Source: an uncultured Candidatus Competibacteraceae bacterium
Lineage (GTDB): Bacteria > Bacteroidota > Bacteroidia > CAIKAF01
Direction of reading: 5' to 3'
NCBI GenBank assembly: GCA_964599915.1
Contig: CAZRHR010000005.1
Span: 3,145 to 67,144, forward strand
Length of the DNA: 64,000 nt
The number at the start of each line of letters is the position of its first letter. Position 1 is the first letter of the stretch. Positions 38,190 to 45,914 of this stretch are shown here, in pieces. A model generated the notes under the pieces. It was not told where the DNA came from and did not search any database. It worked only from the letters and a program-made list of their open reading frames with translations. Made by a program: the position numbers and the translations under genes.

Positions 38190-38801
38190 ATGAAATCCAG
38201 GCAAGTCGGATTGTATTTCGGGTCGTTTAATCCGGTGCATATTGGGCACATGGCCATTGCCAATTATATGGTGACGGCCGGTGGTATGGACGAGGTTTGG
38301 TTTGTGGTTTCGCCAAGAAGTCCGTTCAAAGAAAAATCAAGTTTACTACCGGATTATCATCGGTTAGAAATGGTCCATTTGGCCATTGGTGATGATCCAA
38401 GGATGCGGGCTTCCAACATTGAATTTGGCATGCCACAGCCTAATTATACCAGCCGCACCCTTGTCACCTTGAAGGAAAAATATCCGCAACACCATTTTCA
38501 TTTGATGATGGGTTCAGATAATTTGGCCGGATTCCATAAATGGCATCAATATGAATTTATTTTAGCGGAATTTCAGTTGTTGGTGTATCCAAGGCCGGGT
38601 GCGCCTGCCGGAGATTTGCAGCACCATCCTTCTGTACATATCGTTCAGGCGCCGCACATGGACATTTCCGCCAGCTTTGTGCGGGAACATGTACAAGCAG
38701 GGCAGGACATGCGTCATTTTTTACCACCCAGGGTGTGGGCTTATTTGGAGGATAACCAATTGCTGCGAAAGGTGAAACCTACGCGAAAAAGTGAAAAATA
38801 A
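38190..38801 (+). CDS. nadD: Nicotinate-nucleotide adenylyltransferase
   Basis: FGSFNPVHIGH, LMMGSDN and ISASFVR motifs. Confidence 0.95.
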   Translation: MKSRQVGLYFGSFNPVHIGHMAIANYMVTAGGMDEVWFVVSPRSPFKEKSSLLPDYHRLEMVHLAIGDDPRMRASNIEFGMPQPNYTSRTLVTLKEKYPQHHFHLMMGSDNLAGFHKWHQYEFILAEFQLLVYPRPGAPAGDLQHHPSVHIVQAPHMDISASFVREHVQAGQDMRHFLPPRVWAYLEDNQLLRKVKPTRKSEK

Positions 38802-38846
38802 ACTTTCCCTATCGGGCATGCCAAAAATGGATTGTACTTTTGCAGC

Positions 38847-39410
38847 ATGGATGTAATTCGGCAAGCCTTCGAGGATCATTTGTTTACAGTACAGCGTAGC
38901 ATGGAAAAATTGCTACCCGCGCTGGAACAAGCATCTCAGTTATGCAGAGAGAGCTTAGCTGCCGGGGGTAAAATTATCCTTATGGGCAACGGGGGTTCCG
39001 CGGCGGATGCCGAGCACCTTGCAGCCGAATTTACCGGCCGGTATGAAATAGAACGCAAAGGACTTGCTGCCATATCACTTACGGCAGGAGCACCATCCGT
39101 TACCAGCATTGCCAATGATTATGGTTTCGATCGGGTGTTTACCCGCCAGCTGGAAGCTTTGGGTCATAAAGGCGATGTCTGCATAGGCATTACTACGTCA
39201 GGGAAATCTCCCAATGTAGTGCGGGCTATGGAAAAAGCCCGAATGATGGGATTACATACCATAGCTTTTACCGGAAGAGATGGGGGAGACGTACTGGAAT
39301 ACGCCGATGTGGCTTTGGTGGTGCCATCCGATACGACCTCCAGAATTCAAGAAGTACATATTTTGCTGGGTCATTGTTTGGTGCAAATGGTGGAGCGGCG
39401 CGAGGCATAA
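38847..39410 (+). CDS. gmhA: Phosphoheptose isomerase (SIS domain)
   Basis: GNGGSAADA.H.AAE, ANDYGF, TTSGKSPNV and RIQEVHILLGH motifs. Confidence 0.9.
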   Translation: MDVIRQAFEDHLFTVQRSMEKLLPALEQASQLCRESLAAGGKIILMGNGGSAADAEHLAAEFTGRYEIERKGLAAISLTAGAPSVTSIANDYGFDRVFTRQLEALGHKGDVCIGITTSGKSPNVVRAMEKARMMGLHTIAFTGRDGGDVLEYADVALVVPSDTTSRIQEVHILLGHCLVQMVERREA

Positions 39411-39756
39411 CGGATAAAAGGAATTCTAGCATCCTGCGATTTTCACGTCCACATTCTTTCAAAGAAAAAATCCTAAGCTGATTTTCAGGATACATCCATG
39501 CCAAGGGGTGAAAGTTTTATGCCTTTTAAATGCTCCATAATGTCCTATTTAATTGACCCGCAAAGTCAATTTTACTATTATAGGCCATTTTATCTTTAAA
39601 CATATGAAGATAAAATGGGCATGTAGTTTAACAAATAGTCGCTGGAAAGTATTGAATGACTTCTTTACTTTTTCCCTTTAATTTTTCGTTAAAAAAGTTT
39701 AGGATTTTCATGGCGATTGATTATGTTTGCCTATTCAATCGGTTAATTTTTCAAAC

Positions 39757-40761
39757 ATGATGAAACATTTTACGCTTATCGCTGCAGGAATTGCTTCTGT
39801 AGCCACCCTATCTGCCCAGCGTCCTGCGAATGGCGGACAAACCCTGCTTTCCGCTCCTATTGGAAGCATCACTGCTGAGAAAGCGGATTCCAACCTACTT
39901 CCAGGTTCTTTCCTTTCAGGAAGTTGTAACAACTTTTACGTGATTGGTGCACTTGGTACTTCCGGAACTGACTCCGTACCAGGTTTCGTATTTGGTGTAA
40001 ATGGCTTTTTTGACCTTTCTAAAGGGTACTTATTCAATGGAAATGGTACAGTACCAGGAATTGGTGTAGCCACAGGTATCAAGTTGATGCTAGATACGTC
40101 TGCGTCTAACACAGGTGGATCTTATGTAGCCCGTATTGTAAGTGGAACTGGTTCTGTTTTAGGTACTTCTGATCCTGTTGCTTATGCGAATATCGACACC
40201 GTTCCAGGTCAGTTTGGTTTGCCTATCACGCCTTTCACTTTCTCTACCCCTGTAACGGTTAGCGGTAACTTCTACGTATTGGTTGATGTGTTTGCCGACA
40301 CTTCTTCCGGTATTGCCATCATTTCTAATGGTTATGCTTGTGGTGATGACAAATCTTACGAGGTATTCATCAACAGTAATGGTAATCAATCACTTGCTAA
40401 AATTTCCGGTTACTGGAAGCAGCCAGGTACCACCACGCCTTTGTTGGCTGATCCCTTCATCGGTGTACAAGTTCAAAATTTCCTTGGCGAAACCGAAATG
40501 CTTACTCCATCTTCTTTGATGGCGTATCCAAACCCAGCCAACGAAACTACCGTGTTTTCTTTCCACAGCAATGCCGAAGGCACTGCCCAAATCGAAATCC
40601 GTAACCTTGCTGGCCAATTGGTATCTGCTACTTCTTCTGACGTAATGAACGGTCGTAACGAAGTGAGCATCAACTTGACCAACATGTCAAATGGTGTATA
40701 CTCCTACCATGTAACCGTAGGTGGTGAAACCAAAACGGGTAAATTGGTGGTAAACCACTAA
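39757..40761 (+). CDS. T9SS type A cargo protein with an uncharacterised passenger domain
   Basis: Signal peptide ending SAQ; C-terminal AYPNPANE...NGVYSYHV...KLVVNH. A TATGTTTG -7 box at 39722-39729 supports the later start. Confidence 0.85.
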   Translation: MMKHFTLIAAGIASVATLSAQRPANGGQTLLSAPIGSITAEKADSNLLPGSFLSGSCNNFYVIGALGTSGTDSVPGFVFGVNGFFDLSKGYLFNGNGTVPGIGVATGIKLMLDTSASNTGGSYVARIVSGTGSVLGTSDPVAYANIDTVPGQFGLPITPFTFSTPVTVSGNFYVLVDVFADTSSGIAIISNGYACGDDKSYEVFINSNGNQSLAKISGYWKQPGTTTPLLADPFIGVQVQNFLGETEMLTPSSLMAYPNPANETTVFSFHSNAEGTAQIEIRNLAGQLVSATSSDVMNGRNEVSINLTNMSNGVYSYHVTVGGETKTGKLVVNH

Positions 40762-40787
40762 TTCACAACCATAAAATTCCTTATTTT

Positions 40788-40821
40788 GAGAGCCGTCCCA
40801 CCAAGGGCGGCTCTCTTTATT
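40788..40821 (+). terminator. Intrinsic terminator
   Basis: Stem GAGAGCCGTCC/GGGCGGCTCTC followed by TTTATT. Confidence 0.8.
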
Positions 40822-40828
40822 CAAACCC

Positions 40829-43390
40829 ATGCTTCACATGAGAAAAATACTGGTTCACTGGGGATTGGCACTGAGCTTCCTTGGCGTAAGTAGCCCAATC
40901 TTTGCCCAAACATCCATCTATGCTAAGTTTCCTTCAGGGTATCATCAGCCCGAAGCCTTGAAACAATTAACCGAGCATACCATTACGCCTCCTGCCGTTA
41001 GTCGCATAGATTCGATGGTTTCGGGTTCACATCCCAAAGCAGGTGATATGTATTTGATTGGCACCAATGTTCCTGTATCTATGTCCTCTGAAACGCATGG
41101 TACTTGGACTTCGCAGGATGGATATGTTACCTGGCGCTTACACTTGAGTTCACCCGGTGCGCAAGCCCTAGGTGTGTTGTATCAATCGTTTCGTATTCCG
41201 GCTTCTGCTGCATTCTTTGTCTATCATCCGGATCGGAATCACAAGTCGCGGGCTTACACGGCGGCCGATAATCCCGGAGGAGATGCCTTTTCCACAGAAG
41301 TTATTGTAGGAGAATCTATTATTTTAGAATATTGGGCGCCCGCATGGGAGGCCACCCGCCCGGACATCCAATTGGAAGGGCTTACGTACATTTTTCGTGA
41401 AGGGCATACGTTTCGTCCTAGAAATGCCAGCGATAATGGCTCCTCTGCCAATTGCCATGTAAATGTCAATTGCTCAGAAGGTAACAACTGGCAGGATGCC
41501 AAAAGAGGTGTCGCCAAAATCATTGTGATAGATGGCAATGCTGCGGGTTTATGCACAGGGAGTCTGGTAAACAATACCGCCCAGGATTGTAAAAATTATT
41601 TTTTAACGGCTCAGCATTGCGGGTCAGGCGCTTCCGCCACCAACTTCCAGCAATGGCAGTTTTATTTCAATTTTGAATCGTCCAATTGTTCCAACCTGAC
41701 CAACAGTCAAGCCAATAACGTGGATAATCAAGTGGTCACAGGCTGTACCAAAAGGGCTACGAGTGCCGATGCAAGTGGGATTAGCACCTCAGATTTTTTA
41801 CTTGTGGAATTTAATTCCGCCATTCCCTCGAATTTTAATCCATTTTACAATGGTTGGGATCGCGTAAATACCCCCGCTTCCTCTGGTGTCGGCATTCATC
41901 ATCCCAGTGGTGACATCAAGAAAATTTCCACTTATACCACTACGTTGGGCAATGACAGTTGGAATCCTTCGCCGTCTGGTACCCATTGGCGGGTCACTTG
42001 GGCCGGTACGACCAATGGCCATGGGGTTACAGAACCCGGCTCTTCCGGAAGTCCATTGTTTAATGCCAGCCGGAGGATCATTGGCGACTTGAGCGGCGGC
42101 GGTTCTTTCTGTAACAGCGTACAGCCCGGTGGACAAACCGTTCCGGATTTATATGGAAAATTCAGTTATTCTTGGGAAAGTGCAGGGAGCTCTAACGCAA
42201 GGAGATTGCGCCCATGGTTAGATCCTGCAGGGACCAATCCCAATACTTTAGATGGCCGAAATGCATGCACCGGAACGCCACCACCTGTGGGTGGATGTGA
42301 CACCGTGAGCCGGTTTTCACCTAGTGCACATACAGCTTCCGCCCTTACCGCTCCCGGCGGAACAGGTTGGCTGGCCGGAAATAACTCCTACAATGATTTG
42401 GCGAAAGCCGAAGCCTTTTTGCAAACCGATTTTCCTGCCGGATATCAGTTGACCGGCTTCATGCTGTATTTTCATGCCGCTACTGGAACGGGAAATATTA
42501 CCGTAAAAATTTGGCAGGCCAATGGGACCGGAGGCGCTCCGGGTACTGTTTTGGCACAAGGTTCCGTACCCATTTCCAGTATTCCTACCAACGGAACACC
42601 CTTGGTGCTGAATCTGAATACACCCATTCCTATTTCCAGTAATTTTTACATTGGGCTGGATTTACCCACAGGTACAGGAAACACTGTAGGATTATATACT
42701 ACTGCCGCCAATGAACCCGCCATCAACAGCGGGTGGGAGCAGTATAGCGATGGGAATTGGTTTAGCTATGAAACTTCCTACAATGCCAAATTTGCCCACG
42801 CTATTTTTGCCATTGGATGTCCGCAAAGTACCTCAGGCCAAGCGCCAGTTGCCAATTTTACCGGCACACCTTTGACCTTACCTGCCGGAAATAATGTAAC
42901 CTTTACCAATACCTCTACCAATAATCCAACGTCTTATAGCTGGAGTTTTAGTCCGAACACCGGAATTACTTACCAAAATGGAACCACATCCACTTCGGCC
43001 AATCCGGTGGTTCGCTTTGCAAACCCCGGTCAGTACAGCGTCACGTTAACGGCGACCAATGCTACCGGTAGTGATAGCGAAACCAAAACCAATTACATCA
43101 CCGTGACTTCAACCATGGGGGTAGAAAATGAGCAAGCCAATGGTTTGCAGGTGTATCCGAATCCGGCGTCTAAAGCGTTGTATTTGGACCTTGGGTTTAC
43201 CACTTCCGTTGCCGGACATTTACAAGTATTTGACCTGGCAGGTCGGGTACTTATGACCCAATCATGGGTTCAGGGCTCCGCTTCTGCTACTTTACCACTT
43301 GAATCTCTGCCCAATGGGGTGTATGTGGTTCAGCTCACTTTAGAAGGTGGCCAACGATTCATGCAAAGGTTTGTAAAAACCACTCCATAA
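40829..43390 (+). CDS. T9SS-secreted lysyl-endopeptidase-like serine protease (Achromobacter protease I type) with PKD domain and CTD
   Basis: Propeptide; CHVNVNC; catalytic TAQHC, SDFLLV and TEPGSSGSPL; PDLYG; PKD domain; VYPNP CTD. Confidence 0.9.
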   Translation: MLHMRKILVHWGLALSFLGVSSPIFAQTSIYAKFPSGYHQPEALKQLTEHTITPPAVSRIDSMVSGSHPKAGDMYLIGTNVPVSMSSETHGTWTSQDGYVTWRLHLSSPGAQALGVLYQSFRIPASAAFFVYHPDRNHKSRAYTAADNPGGDAFSTEVIVGESIILEYWAPAWEATRPDIQLEGLTYIFREGHTFRPRNASDNGSSANCHVNVNCSEGNNWQDAKRGVAKIIVIDGNAAGLCTGSLVNNTAQDCKNYFLTAQHCGSGASATNFQQWQFYFNFESSNCSNLTNSQANNVDNQVVTGCTKRATSADASGISTSDFLLVEFNSAIPSNFNPFYNGWDRVNTPASSGVGIHHPSGDIKKISTYTTTLGNDSWNPSPSGTHWRVTWAGTTNGHGVTEPGSSGSPLFNASRRIIGDLSGGGSFCNSVQPGGQTVPDLYGKFSYSWESAGSSNARRLRPWLDPAGTNPNTLDGRNACTGTPPPVGGCDTVSRFSPSAHTASALTAPGGTGWLAGNNSYNDLAKAEAFLQTDFPAGYQLTGFMLYFHAATGTGNITVKIWQANGTGGAPGTVLAQGSVPISSIPTNGTPLVLNLNTPIPISSNFYIGLDLPTGTGNTVGLYTTAANEPAINSGWEQYSDGNWFSYETSYNAKFAHAIFAIGCPQSTSGQAPVANFTGTPLTLPAGNNVTFTNTSTNNPTSYSWSFSPNTGITYQNGTTSTSANPVVRFANPGQYSVTLTATNATGSDSETKTNYITVTSTMGVENEQANGLQVYPNPASKALYLDLGFTTSVAGHLQVFDLAGRVLMTQSWVQGSASATLPLESLPNGVYVVQLTLEGGQRFMQRFVKTTP

Positions 43391-43410
43391 AAGACAAAGT
43401 TCTTCTTGAT

Positions 43411-43440
43411 AAGGGGATTCCGAAAGGTTTCCCCTTTTTT
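43411..43440 (+). terminator. Intrinsic terminator (imperfect stem, GAAA loop)
   Basis: AAGGGGATTCC-GAAA-GGTTTCCCCTT followed by a T-run, 20 nt after the protease stop. Confidence 0.7.
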
Positions 43441-43513
43441 GCTGATGATAAAATCGTGAATGAAATAGATAATCTAAAGGACGGTCTGGAGCAGCCTCGG
43501 ATTTGGTTTATAT

Positions 43514-44146
43514 CTAGCTTGCTGCGGAAGAAAATGGAAGGACTTTTCCATAGATCCAAACGCCTCTTTTTTTATCATGGTAAAGTCCACAGAAATGGGT
43601 TTCGTTTTCATCGTTTTCATCCCAGTGGTTCATGTATCGTTCTGCAATAGCCACTTTTTCCGGCGTATTTAGCCAACCAAAAACAATCGCCACCAAGTAC
43701 AGGATTTTTTCTTTGTAGAATTCAGACTCGGCTTTGGCATAGGTTTCTGCCTGCCGGAAAATGTTTGTATAATTCATTTCCCCTTCCAGATCTTTTTTGT
43801 TTTCTATCCACCACTTGGCTTCGAATAAGAGATATTTTACTTTTTCAGATTCTTTTAATGCGACCAAGAGGTCGGCCCGGCCTTTTTCTCCTTTATCCTT
43901 AGTGAGTGCATATTCTTGGAGGGTGGTAACCTGTGCTTGATAGCTCCTGACGATGGCATTGTTTAGTAAGCCAACCCAGGCCGTCTCATTCCAGTCGAAA
44001 GGGCTGTCTTTTTCACTGACCATGGTGGAATGAATCATGCTTAACTCTTGTTCTAAGCCACCTAAGGTTTTTTCAAAGAAGGGCAGTAAATCGAGTTTTT
44101 CCAACTCAGTTTTCCTGAAAAATGACTGGTAGATACGTGGTTTCAT
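43514..44146 (-). CDS. Hypothetical protein with a PD-(D/E)XK nuclease-like motif set
   Basis: GRADLL, LLFEAK and downstream QAETY (QxxxY) motifs; visibly AT-richer than its neighbours. Confidence 0.6.
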   Translation of the reverse strand: MKPRIYQSFFRKTELEKLDLLPFFEKTLGGLEQELSMIHSTMVSEKDSPFDWNETAWVGLLNNAIVRSYQAQVTTLQEYALTKDKGEKGRADLLVALKESEKVKYLLFEAKWWIENKKDLEGEMNYTNIFRQAETYAKAESEFYKEKILYLVAIVFGWLNTPEKVAIAERYMNHWDENDENETHFCGLYHDKKRGVWIYGKVLPFSSAAS

Positions 44147-44382
44147 TGGGTTTAAAGGATGTAGGGTGAAAAAATGTATTTGGGGTTGAGATAGAAGATA
44201 GGGAATTTTGGTTCAAAGGGATGTAGCGTGGAAAAATACATTTGAGATGTAGCCGTCAAGGTGTGAGAAATGGGCCATTCGACTTCCCATTATGCGTAAA
44301 AGAGGGTCTCGATGAAATAGAACCAACCCATGAGTAATGCCTATTGGGATTAAAAAAGCGCCATTCAGCCGGCGATTTTCAC

Positions 44383-45879
44383 TCAATAACTAATCACAAT
44401 CATTCCATTTCCCACCCGAGTTCCTTGGGTGTGTACCACATTGGAGGTTCCAGTAGGACTTACATAACTGCTTCCGCCTCCGGCACCCTCAAAGCAGCCG
44501 GAACCACCGCCATACCATCCACCGCCACCACCGGTACCAGACCAACCCGCATTTGAGCCTCCAATGCCAAAACTCCCATTGTTGTTTCCGCCACAAGAAC
44601 TATGGCCTGTGGGGCCTGCGACTCCACCGGCTGTTTGGGTTCCACCCGCACCGGTATATTGACAGGAAGAACACGAAAAATTACAACCATTTCCACCTGT
44701 AAGTCCTCCTCCCGGGCCACCGGGTGCTGAATTGGTTCCGCAGTTGGAACCTGTTCCGCCACCACCGCCTGCTACTACAATCCTATTGTTAAGGCTGGTG
44801 CCGGCACGTCGTATATCTGAAGCGCCTCCCCCGGCGCCATAAGTAGAACCTCCTCCATTTCCTCCTCCATTAAATCCTCCAGTGGAAGAATTGCCTGCCC
44901 CTCCTACATAGAGGTGTAAAATTTCGCCGGGCGTCACTTGCACCCGGGCTTGTACCCGGCCTCCTAAGCCCAAGGAAGCACTGCTTGACGCAAATCCTTG
45001 TCCCCCATACACATCTACATCAATATACTGCACGCAGGGTGGAACCGTAAATGTGGTTGAACTTCCTGAAAAATTGAAAGTGGTACTTTGCCCTTGTGGT
45101 TGGGCAGGACAACTGGTGACCGTGACGGTTTGGCTTACGGACGTGGTACAGCCATTTTCAATTACAACAAGTGACAAGGTATAGGTTCCGGCGGACGTCC
45201 ACGTCACTGCGTTTGAAGCGTTGGTAGAGGTGCCGGGTGTGCCACTGCCAAAGGTCCAAGATAAAGTTCCACTGGCCGTGGTACTGATGGTGGCAGGTTG
45301 ATTTAAGATAGGTTGGGTTGGCGTGACGGAAATGGGTGCCGCCGGTAGCGCATTTACTGTAAGTACTGTGGTGGCCACCTGGCTGGTGCAACCAGAAACA
45401 ACGGTAAACAATTGATAGGTGCCGGACTGGTTGGTTTGTACAGAAGAAAGCGTTACCGATGCGTTATTGCCGGTAAAACCATTCGGGCCGCTCCATACAT
45501 ACGTTGCTCCCGCCTGAGGCGTTGTACTTAGGGTAACCGCCGATCCCGCACAAACAGAACCTCCGCCGGAAATGACCGGCAAGGGTGGAGCAATACAATT
45601 TCCACATACTTCGTTCCAGCCGTTTGAATTATACACATTCAAACATTCTGAATCGGTATTAAAAATGATAAGGCCAATCGCTGGATTTTGAATTTGGTTT
45701 CGCTGGGCAGTGGTCAGCCTGGGTAAAAGGGCACCCGCTTGAACACTTTGAACATCGAGTACCGATGAGGGATGCGGATTTTGGGTATTGATACCCACGG
45801 ATTGCGCAGAAACAGATGAGGTTAAAACAAAAACTGTTGAAACTAGCGCAAGGGAAATCAAAGGGCTGTTTGACCGCAT
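44383..45879 (-). CDS. Secreted Gly-rich protein, paralog 4
   Basis: VGINTQNPHPSSVLDVQSVQAGALLPRLT module; Ig/PKD domains; Gly-rich tip; ends GMIVISY. Confidence 0.8.
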   Translation of the reverse strand: MRSNSPLISLALVSTVFVLTSSVSAQSVGINTQNPHPSSVLDVQSVQAGALLPRLTTAQRNQIQNPAIGLIIFNTDSECLNVYNSNGWNEVCGNCIAPPLPVISGGGSVCAGSAVTLSTTPQAGATYVWSGPNGFTGNNASVTLSSVQTNQSGTYQLFTVVSGCTSQVATTVLTVNALPAAPISVTPTQPILNQPATISTTASGTLSWTFGSGTPGTSTNASNAVTWTSAGTYTLSLVVIENGCTTSVSQTVTVTSCPAQPQGQSTTFNFSGSSTTFTVPPCVQYIDVDVYGGQGFASSSASLGLGGRVQARVQVTPGEILHLYVGGAGNSSTGGFNGGGNGGGSTYGAGGGASDIRRAGTSLNNRIVVAGGGGGTGSNCGTNSAPGGPGGGLTGGNGCNFSCSSCQYTGAGGTQTAGGVAGPTGHSSCGGNNNGSFGIGGSNAGWSGTGGGGGWYGGGSGCFEGAGGGSSYVSPTGTSNVVHTQGTRVGNGMIVISY

Positions 45880-45914
45880 AAAAATTATTTTATTGACTCA
45901 ATGTAGACCAGTAA

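Noticed and set aside
44154-44252. Possible mini-CRISPR array
   Set aside because: Only two degenerate copies, no constant repeat-spacer period, and no cas genes.
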